The position numbers and the translations under genes are program-made. A stretch of DNA of 64,000 nucleotides, from the NCBI RefSeq assembly GCF_964204645.1, contig NC_134035.1, positions 13,300,451-13,364,450 on the forward strand, written 5' to 3'. The notes under the pieces are model-generated. The model ran no database searches, was not told where the DNA came from, and saw only the letters and a list, made by a program, of their open reading frames with translations. This DNA comes from Tubulanus polymorphus. Its lineage: Eukaryota; Animalia; Nemertea. Shown here one piece after another: positions 12,401-24,300 of the stretch. The first letter of the stretch is position 1; the number at the start of each line of letters is the position of its first letter.

Positions 12401-13225
12401 GGGCTGAGCCACCATCATCAATGATTCATTGAAATACTGTTTATGCTTCTCTTATTTCAGGGAGTTGTTTTGACGCCTACGTATAAAGCGATGTACCTTT
12501 ACGGATCGGAATACTGGACGTACTTCCTGCCGCAGAGGGTCGGTTACGACACGGCGCTGTCTTTGACAAACGACACGAAATCGATGATGGCTTCAACTGC
12601 TCAACGTATTGGACTAGTCGATCAGATCATCGGACGGTATGAGTACCCCCAACCAACTCATCTCTTACTCTCTCCGTCTTCTTTACCTTTCCCATTCTCC
12701 CCTCCTCAGCTGAATCTGCCTCTCACTCCATCTTCCCCAGCCTCCCACCCTATCCCATTCCCCTCCCCACTCTCAACCCTCCCGATCCATCCACTCGCTG
12801 TCGCTACCAATTGCTTTCGTCGCTTCTCTTTTAGCACTTGCTTTATATTCATCCAGGTCCACTTTCCAATATACCCCCCCCCATCCTTAATTTCATCCAC
12901 ACAATTTTCTTTTTATGCATTCTGATGACTTTCATGAAAGAAATGATAACCGCAAGCAGGTACTGAAAATGTATTCCACAAAATTCACGCCCGTATTTTT
13001 GTTTTTAACAGGAATCGACCGGAAGCGTTGGGAAATTTACACGATCGAGTCCTGAATTTGTTACAATCGGAAAAATGTCAAACGAAACGTGAAGAGAAAC
13101 GCAATAGAACTCACGAATGGTATCAGATGTTAGAGGAACATCGAACCGAAGAATTGAGCAAAATGCAGAAATGTTTCAGTAGCGAGGATTATCACGAGGC
13201 CAGGAGAAAATTCGTCTATCACTGA
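9411..13225 (+). CDS. hypX: HypX/HoxX-like protein (N10-formyl-THF formyltransferase + enoyl-CoA hydratase/crotonase fusion), 636 aa, 6 coding exons
   Basis: Exons 9411-10289, 10608-10787, 11111-11378, 11853-12046, 12461-12636, 13012-13225; all GT-AG and phase-compatible (1911 nt). Motifs: KVLFLCNHYNTLTQR, CPFLTRRIP, IVHPGITGDRGASSIDW, EWGVTVMQAAEEMDAGDIW, FDFYNGAMSVTQC, FFSTGIHLNVIE, GNAGAGGAMMA, VVLTPTYKAMYLYGSEYWTY, YHEARRKFVYH, matching the bacterial HypX family along its length. Confidence 0.9.
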
Positions 13226-13787
13226 ACGGCATAGACACAGACTGTTCACCTAATACCACGAGGCCTGAACGACGTTTACACAGACTGTTAAACCCACTAC
13301 CACGTCCGGCTTTAACTCTCTAGGACTCGATCCACAGTTCTGAGTTAACTCGGAGCCGAATCTTAACTCACCGTGGATCTGGGTCCCGGTGGAACAGGGT
13401 TCGTAACTGTGGTGGAACTTGAACCAGCGTGCACTGAATCCTGAACTGTGGAACTGGGTCCAGAGTGTTATTGAACTAAGTCGGGAACCAACGAGAACCG
13501 GGTGTATTGGGTTCGATACTTTATTTAGTTTTCTAAAATTCATTGATCATTCTATATGATTTATACGTACGATGCGGTGTATTGAAAAACCAACCAACCC
13601 AAACAGGGACTCGTAGAATCAACAAGGAGAGAATTTTGCAAAGGGGGCTCAATTCCAAACAATTTGTAAAAAGGTTGCAGCACACCGATGACGTCATATC
13701 ATTTTGTATCGTGTACAATAAAGATTTGAATGTAAATAGAAAATTAGTTCACTTTTTAGTTCAGCAGTCGCGTCATGTATCGCATTT

Positions 13788-14840
13788 CTAAGATGTTTTG
13801 CGTGACCAGCATTTCATCCATGTTACAATAAAAGCGGCTTCCGAACGGAATTTCCTATTTGTAAAACAATAAACACTGAAATTAGCGCAAGAATCAAACA
13901 TTGACATCAACAGCGACACCTTTCTCATAATCATGTTGCTAGGTCCAGTGAAAATGTTTAATTCCAATCGATCCAAACAACCAGGAAATTCACAGATAAT
14001 ATAAACCACAACAACTGCTGAAACCATCCGCAATATTCCTGCATCTTTTCCCTGAACAGCAGAGCCGACTATTAGCGACTTACGGCGGTTTTTGGTCCAT
14101 GTATAAACAGCAAATAGGACGATGTTAACAATCAAAAGAAATGCGATCGGTAGATAAATGATACCAAACGCGATAAGATCATGGTGTTTAATGTAACCTC
14201 GCAGAAAGTGGGTTCCAGTCGGAAGATAGGTAATGTCTGTGTACTCCTCAAAGTACATGGTGTAAGTATATTGACCTGGTTTCAAACAGGGCCATCTCGT
14301 TAAACCCGGTATCCTGCGAGGAATTATGAAATCATAGTAAAACAAAATTGCCAAAAACAACAGCGTAAAGCAGACGAAATTAATAGTCAAAGGTCTCCAG
14401 AAGCGTCTATACGTTAATGGGAAAATTATAACTAAAATTCTCTCTAAACTCACAACAACGACGAGCCAGTTTCTGACAAACTGTGACGGATACAGTCCCA
14501 TATAGGCGACAGTAATAAACCACCAACCAAAATGCCAGTCGTCATAACGAAAAACCAAGTCTCCCAGATTACTGTAAATGAAATACGTTCTCAGCGGGTA
14601 CATGATAAAAGATGATAAACTGAACGCAAGATCAGAAACCGCTAAAAGACAAATTGTGTGATAACAACTACTATTGCGTAGTCTGCGTATAATGATAATA
14701 GTCAGAATATTCAACACAATACCACAAACAGTAACAGGACCCATTCCTGTCATATAGATGTAAACACTGAACTGATAGTTCCATCTTATTGTCTGAGAGC
14801 AATGATACGTCGCGGTCGGACGAGAACCGTTCACTGCCAT
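13788..14840 (-). CDS. Intronless class A GPCR, FMRFamide-receptor/srw-like (copy A), 350 aa
   Basis: Seven hydrophobic segments; GIVLN (TM1), LAVSD (TM2), SLERILVIIFPL (DRY variant), IICEFP (TM6), SCANFSVYCFTNRKFR (NFxxY plus helix 8). Confidence 0.88.
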   Translation of the reverse strand: MAVNGSRPTATYHCSQTIRWNYQFSVYIYMTGMGPVTVCGIVLNILTIIIIRRLRNSSCYHTICLLAVSDLAFSLSSFIMYPLRTYFIYSNLGDLVFRYDDWHFGWWFITVAYMGLYPSQFVRNWLVVVVSLERILVIIFPLTYRRFWRPLTINFVCFTLLFLAILFYYDFIIPRRIPGLTRWPCLKPGQYTYTMYFEEYTDITYLPTGTHFLRGYIKHHDLIAFGIIYLPIAFLLIVNIVLFAVYTWTKNRRKSLIVGSAVQGKDAGILRMVSAVVVVYIICEFPGCLDRLELNIFTGPSNMIMRKVSLLMSMFDSCANFSVYCFTNRKFRSEAAFIVTWMKCWSRKTS

Positions 14841-15193
14841 TGTTCACACTCTCAGTAACCACGAGTCATACACTGCTTTCCACAAAGTTAACATAATATT
14901 AACATTTGGCGGCACAAATAATTTCATCCTTTCTATTCTTCAGAAACTTCCTGACTAAATCCAAACTTCTGTTGTGTGTCGGATTATTCTTCATTGATTA
15001 AGCGAGTGTAAAGCAGCATGGCCTAATTTCATTGGACACATTCGTAGAATCTAGTTTATTCTATCGTTTTTACAATAGCCGGTCATATTTCATTCGATGA
15101 AAACTAAATTTAGAAAATCGTGTATTTTAGCAGTGAAATTCTGTTGAAATATGAAATGACTTTGTGCACGAATTTTGCATTGTGTTGAATCTG

Positions 15194-15337
15194 AACCGTC
15201 AAGTGCTGCCCCTTTATCGTTGACGGCGAATCTGCGAACTAACTTTAATACTCGCTTGCCACATGAGGAATATTGTGCTGCACATTAGTTCACATGTTCG
15301 CCGCTATTTATACTTATAGGGGTAGCACCTGACGGTC
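15194..15337. mobile_element. Small TIR element (MITE family C)
   Basis: TIRs accgtcaagtgctgcccct / aggggtagcacctgacggt; second copy at 38993-39140. Confidence 0.7.
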
Positions 15338-15589
15338 TATATTTGGCACGCCTTATATGTCCTTGCTTGCCACGAGCGGAATCACCGATTGCCACAGTCG
15401 ACTGCGGCTGGAGTCCCGTTGACTATAGAATGATTAACATGAGCCTTCGAAATATCGGCAATTCAATTAAATTGTATCAGATGGCGGTGCAACTAAAATG
15501 TGTGCAGGCTGCTAAACACTGGAACACTGATGATATGTAACGTCATGTGGCCCCACGTAGGGATTGGTCGAGCAATCGCCCCCGGGTCG

Positions 15590-16300
15590 TTATCGAATTT
15601 TCAAAATGTGTTTTATCCTTGTAAGAACAACGGCGGCTTCAAAACGAAATCTTTTATTCGTCAAACAATAAACGGTAAAATTCACACAAGAATCAAACAT
15701 TGACATCAACAGTGACACTTTCCTCACAATCATTTTATTTCGGGTTTTGAAAATGAAACGGAAAATATTCATAGGCATTCGATCAAAACAACCCGGCAAT
15801 TCGCAGATAATATAAACCACAACAACTGCTGAAACCATCTTCAATATTCCTGCATCTTTACTCCGAGCAACAGAGCCACCTATTAGTGATTTACGGCTTT
15901 TTTTGTCCATGTATAAACAGCAAATAGAACAGCGTTTACAACTAATAGAAATGTGATTGACAAGAAAACGATACCAAACGAGACTCGATCGTTGTGGTCA
16001 ATGTTACCGTTCAAAAAGTGGTAGTCACCGAAAAGACGAGTCGTGTCCGTATACCTCTTAAAACAAACTGTATAAATAAACAGGGCCATCTCGTTAAACC
16101 CGTTATCCTGCGAGGAATTATGAAATCAAAGTAAAGTAAAATTGCCATCGAAAGCAGCATAAAACAGAGTAAATCAATAGTTAAAGGTCTCCAGAAGCGT
16201 TTACAATTTAATGGGAAAATTATAACTAAAATTCTCTCTAAACTCACAACAACGACGAGCCAGTTTCTGACGAACTGTGACGGATACAGTCCTATTAAGG
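15590..16300 (-). pseudogene. 5'-truncated, frameshifted GPCR paralogue (TM3-TM7)
   Basis: ORF pieces 16011-16316, 15883-16089 and 15590-15910 lie in different frames and are each homologous to the flanking GPCRs; the TM1-2 region is absent and abuts the 3' end of copy B. Confidence 0.8.
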
Positions 16301-16302
16301 TA

Positions 16303-17370
16303 TCATGGTATCGCATTTCTAAGATGTTTTGCGTGACAGCGGAATTTGATCCATGTTACAATAAAAGCGGCTTCCGAACGGAATTTCCTATTTGTAAAAC
16401 AATAAACACTGAAATTAGCGCAAGAATCAAACATTGACATCAACAGCGACACCTTTCTCATAATCATGTTGCTAGGTCCAGTGAAAATGTTTAATTCCAA
16501 TCGATCCAAACAACCAGGCAATTCACAGATAATATAAACCACAACAACTGCTGAAACCATCCGCAATATTCCTGCATCTTTAGTCTGGGCAGCAGAGCCA
16601 CCTATTAGGGATTTACGGTGTTTTTTGGTCCATGTATAAACAGCAAATAGAAGAGCGTTTGCAACTAATAGAAATGTGATTGGCAGATACACAATACCAA
16701 ACGAGATTAGATCGTTGTGGGTTATGTAACCATCGAAAAAGTGGGCGGCAGTGTATAGATATGTGATATCTGTATACTTCACGAAGGAAGTGGTATAAGT
16801 ATACTGACCTGGCTTCAAACAGGGCCATCTCGTTAAACCCGGGAACCTGCGAGGAATTATGAAATCATAGTAAAATAAAATTGCCAAAAACAACAGCGTA
16901 AAGCAGACTAAATTGATAGTTAATGGTCTCCAGAAGCGTCTATACGTTAATGGGAAAATTATAACTAAAATTCTCTCTAAACTCACAACAACGACGAGCC
17001 AGTTCCTGACAAACTGTGACGGATACAGTCCTATAAAGCCTACATATATAAACCACCAGCCAAAATGCCAGTCATCATAACGAAAAACCAAGTCTCCCAG
17101 ATTACTGTAGATAAAATACGTTCTCAGCGGATACATGATAAAAGATGATAAACTGAACGCAAGATCAGAAACCGCTAAACGACAAATTGTGTGATAGCAA
17201 CTATTGTGCAGTCTGATTATAATGATAATAGTCAGTATATTCAATAGAATACCACAAACAGTAACAGGACCCATTCCTGTCATATAGATGTAAACACTGA
17301 ACTGATACTCCCATCTTATTGTCTGAGAGCAATGATACGCAACGGTCGGACGAGATCCGTTCACTGCCAT
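16303..17370 (-). CDS. Intronless class A GPCR, FMRFamide-receptor/srw-like (copy B), 355 aa
   Basis: Near-identical paralogue of 13788-14840 with the same motifs; upstream non-coding flanks are also homologous. Confidence 0.88.
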   Translation of the reverse strand: MAVNGSRPTVAYHCSQTIRWEYQFSVYIYMTGMGPVTVCGILLNILTIIIIIRLHNSCYHTICRLAVSDLAFSLSSFIMYPLRTYFIYSNLGDLVFRYDDWHFGWWFIYVGFIGLYPSQFVRNWLVVVVSLERILVIIFPLTYRRFWRPLTINLVCFTLLFLAILFYYDFIIPRRFPGLTRWPCLKPGQYTYTTSFVKYTDITYLYTAAHFFDGYITHNDLISFGIVYLPITFLLVANALLFAVYTWTKKHRKSLIGGSAAQTKDAGILRMVSAVVVVYIICELPGCLDRLELNIFTGPSNMIMRKVSLLMSMFDSCANFSVYCFTNRKFRSEAAFIVTWIKFRCHAKHLRNAIP

Positions 17371-18097
17371 TGTTCACACTCTCAGTTACCACGAGTCATA
17401 CACGACAGTACCCTGCTTTTACATAGTTAACACAATTACATTCAGCGACAAAACCATTTCATCCTATTTAATTCTGCAGAAACTTCCTGACTAAATTCAC
17501 ACTTCTGTGGTCTGGTGATTCTACTTTCACTGATAAATTGAGTGTAATAACCAGAGTAGGCCTGATGTAATTTCATTGGACACATTTTCATTGAAATCAG
17601 ATTACCTTTACCGGTCTCACAGTGTAGCTGATAGATATTTCACTCGGCGGTGATATTAGAAAATCAAGAATTAACAGCGATGAAATTCTGTTGAAACATT
17701 TAGAATGGTTTAATCTCCAATCAGCATCTTAGTGAGTTAGTGAGTTAAGGATGCTTGCTGTACCTTATTAGTACCGAGAGACAAGGGGGTACGGCCGGCT
17801 TTACTGGCAGCTAACAGGGTGTGGGCAACACATCAATGGCCATGGTCCGGTCGTGAAATTAATTTCTATTTATCAGGTTATGTTGGATTTTTCTCCATAA
17901 GATTTTATTACTTCTGCAGTAGATTCCGGGTTAGTTGTTTATTTCTGATTTGGTTCCACGAATGAGAATCGAACCGCTAGAACTGAGAGATGAATAAAAC
18001 ACAAACTAACACAAATCAGTAATGAAACGGCTTTTCTTTATTTCTATAAACAATGTTTCTAAGTGAAGTTATAGGAAATTGATACATGTTTCCGATG

Positions 18098-18312
18098 ACT
18101 CGGTATCAGAGCGATGATACTCGGTATCAGAGCGATGATACCGAGTATCAGAGAGCGATGATACCGAGTATCAGAGAGCGATGATACCGAGTATCAGAGA
18201 GCGATGATACCGAGTATCAGAGAGCGATGATACCGAGTATCAGAGAGCGATGATACCGAGTATCAGAGAGCGATGATACCGAGTATCAGAGAGCGATGAT
18301 ACCGAGTATCAG
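18098..18312. repeat. 23-bp minisatellite (gagcgatgataccgagtatcaga)n in the putative TRPC 3' UTR
   Basis: About 9 tandem units between the TRPC stop (18356) and a minus-strand AATAAA at 18037-18042. Confidence 0.9.
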
Positions 18313-18355
18313 ACATGACATGTTATCAACTATATAAAGAGGTATATATTTGTAT

Positions 18356-21300
18356 TTAAGTGAACGGATTACGTGAATTCTCATGATTCGTGTATCCGGA
18401 GTTCGAGTATCCAGCATTTGTGTATCCCCATAAACTATCATCGATATCTAAGTTAACACTATAATCGTCGCGATTGCGGACTCGGTGCCGGTCGTGAGTC
18501 CGATCCGATAATCGACCGGGGCTATTCCGTTCCCGAAGGTGGTTCCACCTAGCGGTCGGGGATGTATTTATTAGGTTACTGTCGCTACCCGTATAGCGGC
18601 GTAAACTGTGCACATCCGCAATTGAGCTACTGTCATCCCCGGAAATCACGTGATCCACCAGCAGACGATCCTGTTCCATGATTACGCGAATTTGCGGACG
18701 ATTTTGCAAACTCGCAGCGCCCCCTGTTGTTTGTTCGGTTACCTCAGCGCACACTGGTGATGAAAAATCGGGATAATCGTCTGCAACCGATGTATTTGCG
18801 ACAATAACACCCCCTGGTGGTAAACAATCGGAATAATCATCTCTCATTGATCTATCCGTGACACTGACGCCCCCTGGTGGTGTAGAATCAGGATCATCGC
18901 CTGTCGATGATCTATTCGTAACAGTAGCGCCTCCTCGCGGTGTACAATCAGAGTTATCGTCTGTTGTCGTTGAACTGCCCTTGGTTGACCTTGCAGCCGC
19001 CTCTTCGTACTTACTCCAATGTTGCCCGTAATCTTTATTCGGGTTTCTAATGAAGGTCCCTTTGTTCCAGTCGGGAATGTCACGTGGATCGAACGGTTTT
19101 TTATTGACACCGAACACGAACTGTTCCTCTTCCGAATCGTTATTTTCATCGTTATTTCCGTCACCGGAATCATCGTCATCGCCGTCATCGTTATCGTCGA
19201 CGCCTAGCGATTTATTTTGAGTGGCCAGAATTTTCGAGACGGTTTTGTCCAAGTTTAGAATTTCGGCTTCGACGAAATGTAACGTGCTCGACACCGAGGT
19301 TAACTTCTTATCCAGTTTGGCGTGGAGCCCCTCCAACTGAGTGAGAAATTCTTCCTTAAAATCGAGGATATCTTCATCGGAAAAATAGGAGAAAAAAATG
19401 TTTGTGTTATAAATAAACCTTGAAATGATCTACATATGAATGAATGTTTTATTTCATTTTTATTCAATTGATCCATATGAAGTGACTTATAAATCTTACG
19501 AAGGGTGAAAACTATTTCTATATATAATTCGTACATAATGTGAACTTAAATAAATAAATCTATTTGAAACGTTAAAAATCTATATGGATCTAAACATGTA
19601 CCTATCTACTAAAAAGTATCTACATAAATTATGCAAATTTTCGATTATCTAATTATAATATGCAAATACTCTATGAATAAATGAAAAGATAGCGATGAAT
19701 GACGTCATATGGGTATTTTATGGAAGGTGTCGTGTTTACTGGTGTATATTTACTCACCCTCTCTACTGGTTCCGCCTGCTTTCTTTTTACCAAGTTTCAT
19801 CGTATGAACAAATCTCATCACAACTCGCCTCATGATCACCTAGCAATAAATACAATACACCATTAATTGATATAGGCTCTCTCAGCGCCCATGGGGCCAG
19901 TTTTAAACAACCTTTACAACCCGTCTTTTGACTAATGACTTAAGACCACTTTTGTATCTTGAGTGACCCCTAAACTGTGCCTAATATCTAAAGTAGCTCA
20001 ACGTAATCTGATTGTACCTTGTAATCACGACGTATCTTTATTTTACTATTACTGCTATCACCGTTGTTTTCTGCACCAGAATCGCGCCATCCTCCGCCAC
20101 ACTAAACAAATATACGTTAAACGTATCAAGTTTAAACGTCATTTAGAAATCTTTGTGTATGAAATAGACCGTGCTGTAATAAACTATGTTTTCAAGGATG
20201 AATTTTTTTTATAATTGTGAATCTGTTGAAGCTTATTGGAACTACAGAACTGCGCTAGTTCTTCGTCTACCTATTACTGGCTAACTTTAACATGCCGAAG
20301 CTTATATCAATCAATTGACTCTCTACCAAAAGTCAACAATTCAAATATTATTCACATTCCATTCATTATAACACTGTGATATACGATACTTAGGCTAAAC
20401 AAAAATGATACCTTGTTTCTCCGCAGCGGTCGGGTCATTTTTGTAAAATATGATAAAATTAATAAACAGTTCATTTCTATAGCGGCCGGGTCTGTTATGG
20501 TAAAATTGATCACGATTTTAAAAAAAAGTAATGTATAGGGTAGATAGGCGGCCGGCCGGGTCAACATTTAAGCTCAGCAGAGCGGAGAAACAAGGTATCA
20601 ATTTTTTTTAGCCTTACACAGCAACAAGCTCGAATTTTCCTGAGTATTTTCACGATTGATTTCGGTGTAGGTATAATGTTGAAAGGTACTGGAATCGTCG
20701 TTCCGTCGTCGAAATATGTCAACCATAATTTAGCGCGTGCAAATTTCCATTCCACATCTTCATCAGCCTTTAAATATATCATACAAAAAATGAATAAGGA
20801 AACAATTACCTTTCTTATTTACAGTTTGATATTCATATCATGTTAGTTTTTACCGGGCTGCAAATACTGGACCTTGTTGCATAGTCGGGACTTATTTAAA
20901 GGTTTTCTTCAATAGAACCAAATTGAATTTTGTCACGACTGGGAAACTGGGCTGTTAAACGGGGATTTCTGTCATGTATTGACTGGTTAGAAAATAATAA
21001 TTTGACAACAGTTGAAAATTGTAGTCCTGGAACCAGTTTCGCGAAGTTAAAGAGTTAGAATGAAAATGGGGTAATTTTGAAAAAAAATGATTTTTTTCAG
21101 AATTTTTCAACAATAACTTACTCGAATTTCCTCGAAAGTGTTACTCATCATAGCAATCAACATGTTAATGAGAACGACCACGGCAAACATGATATAAACT
21201 CCGTATAGAATATAACCAATCACCATCACGGCGTTATTACTGGTCGTCAGTGCTACAGTACTGTCGGAGCCGACCAACCGCGGAGCATTTGACGTACCCA

Positions 21301-24300
21301 GTCCAAACGTCGACCAAAACAAAGTATTAAACGTCGTGAGTAAACTGAAATTGAAATTTAAGAATATTTGAACTGTGGAACCGGGACCAGGGATCTAGTT
21401 TTTTTGGGAATCATTGTGGATCTTAAAAATTCAACGGAAAATGACGTGAATTTGATAACTGGATTGTGATTGGTTACCCGCTGAAATATTCGTTTTTGAC
21501 TCGTGACGTATCGTCCCCTGATTGGTCGTATTCTCTGTACAGACTGGTTAAACCGCATATAAACGCCACCATCATCGTGGAATAGATCGCTATGAATTTC
21601 AGAACGTCTTGTATCATTCTACCATATGAGATCTGAAGCTGACCGAACATCTCTGTAGCCGGTAACAGATAGGCCACTCGAGCGAACGTTAACACGTTAG
21701 CCAATGAAAATAGTATGTTAGCTAAGATCGACGGCTTGATGATTTGCGGATTATCCGGATCAGGTTCTACAATATATCATAAAAGAAAATTATAATTAAT
21801 CATAGAAAAATTCAGCAAAATCCTTTTTTTTCAATAAGTTTGAAATAGCATGTTTTTAGGATTTCAAAAAAAGGTTAATATGAAATTCTATCAAGTATAT
21901 ATCATTTATTGAACTCCATTATATTCATATCGATTTCAAAACGACATAGATATTTTGAGATATTTCACACGATATCAGGGAGCGTGACAATCGCAAAAGA
22001 AGTTAGACCTGACGGCCATTTGACGGTCAATATGACGCGCTTGTGACGTATACGTACGTATAAGAAATGTGACATTGGTCGACGATGACGTCATGCCGAT
22101 AGACGGCGCTAGTCGGTGTATTTTGATGTCTCTGATGATCCACACGGTATAAGCTGCCGTGTACAAAGCTATCATCATGATATCCATCAGATTCCAAATA
22201 TTATTGAAATAGTTGAAATAACCTTCTTCCCATAGCTGTTTGACTTCGGCCCAAAACATTCCTGGAAAATAAAACCGAAAAGTTCCTAGAAATTTACATT
22301 GAGAAAAAAACTCTTCCCGAAAACCTGAAATCCTCATTGAAAAGTCACTGGACATCGCCATGAACGTTGCCATTTGATTTTTCACGCGTTTTTGTAGCGG
22401 ACATTACACGTGTCTCATCATGAGATTTTGATATCACGAATAATTTCAAACTGTTTGTTTTCCTTTATAAAATTTTGTATGATTGATAATATATATTGTT
22501 TGTTTATTGCACATTTTGGATATATAATATACTTTCGTTACAAAATGTGATAATGAGTTGATCCGACCGGCCAATTTTGGCCTGTAAGAGCACATTCATT
22601 CATACGTAATTTCAATTTGAAGTCATTGATAATTGACGAGTCTTACCCAACACGTAGAATCCGATGACTCCGAACAGAGCCGCTCGTGAACCCTGGAAGT
22701 GAATCAGAGTAGTCTTATCCGTAGCGATAGTCGTAGCGGCGAATAACAATCCCAGAAATATAAAATACGAACAGGCGTGATTCAGAAACTTCACTATCGG
22801 TATCCGTAATATCCGACCAAACTGTTTAAAAGAGAGAGAGAGGAGAGAGAGAGAGATGACAAGTATCGGACTCACCGTGAAAAAGTGATTTCGACTTATA
22901 TACGGAATATACTTACCCTCGAATAGGGTACCATAAAATACACTACCGCGAATATAGGCATACACGTGATTACTAGAGGTGCTATGAATATTTTCAGCCA
23001 TAAACTTTGATTTTTAAACCACGGTAAATCTGAATACCAGATACTCATCAGGTGTTCCTGACAACTCGCGTGGGCTATAAACTGTAAATACATTATACAT
23101 TTCAACTGAATATCGAAATGATGGATAAATGATTACATGATATTCCAAGCTAGGTCATGGGTTCCTGAGATCCTGGGGCCAGTTGCATAGTCGCGGCTTA
23201 GACTTAAGACCAGTCTATGACCAACTTAGTTCTATGGCTTATCTAACATTTTAAGACCAGTCTTAAGATTAGAGACCGCTTTTAGACTTACGTCACGACC
23301 GTGCAACTGGACCCTATAGGTCTTAATTTCAAAAAGTTCGTCAGTACGTGATGTTGAATATCAATATATTTACACGTTTTTGTTCGTATTTTAGAGCGAG
23401 GTTGATACGAGAGAGATTCTTATCGTCACTGTTGCCGTGAAGCGCCGCCATTACTTCAGATTCAGTACGACACAAATCTAACAGATCGTACGCGTAAACT
23501 TTACATTTCTCTGACAACGATTTGTACTCGTTCTGAAATAGAATGAAAATACATAGGTTAAGAAATTCAAAACCTAATTTCATTCTGTTGAGCTTAAAAG
23601 TTAACCCGGCAGCCTATCTACCCTGTGCATTACTTTTTTGAAATCATGATAAAGCTAACAATAATAGACTTTACAGTTATGAACTGATTACAAATTTCAT
23701 TGCTGCTTCATTTTATTTTATTCCTAGAAAATAACATTTTTCTGAAAATTCATTCCCGATAATACCTTACCATGTAAATACTAACCGAAACTAATTAAGA
23801 CTAGTTGATCATCTATGTTTATGACTCAAATTTTGTAACAGAGAACTTTGGAACTGGCCTCAAGGATCCAGTCATATAGTTCTGAGTAAAGTTCGGAATC
23901 TCTTTTGTTTGGTGGCCCGATTCAGGTGGCCCGAACTGACCCCAGAATACGCGCTCATCGTCAATTCATTTATTGGTGCCAGGGCCATGTTTTATGATTA
24001 AAAGTTTTTAACTTCTCCATCGACTTATATTACATTACCATATTATCATCTGTAATTTTCTAATGTAATTTAATTCGTAAATAAAGAATAAAGATAATGA
24101 TAATTTGTTCTTTCTAACCTTGTATTCTTTTTCTTTATTGGCGAGATGGGAGAGTTGTTCGCTGAGTTCGAAAGCGGTCATTATCGGATCGTCACTGCTC
24201 AACGACATATAGGCCGTACTGGCTAGACCCTTATAGGCGTTCAGTCTGGATCGTGAATGGACGACGCGATCAAATTCTTTATGATTGTTACATTCCGTGC

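Noticed and set aside
12922-12950. Hammerhead-like CTGATGA...GAAA in HypX intron 5
   Set aside because: No G-C closing of stem II and no convincing stem I or III; probably chance.
9363-13225. HypX as bacterial contamination, or as ALDH1L1/methionyl-tRNA formyltransferase
   Set aside because: Five phase-consistent spliceosomal introns and host repeats in the flanks argue against contamination; the C-terminal half is crotonase-like with HypX motifs, not ACP-ALDH.
19372-19385. Apparent non-canonical CG acceptor for the last TRPC exon (tttttccg|ATGAAG)
   Set aside because: A canonical AAG acceptor 6 nt downstream (exon edge 19371) keeps the same frame.
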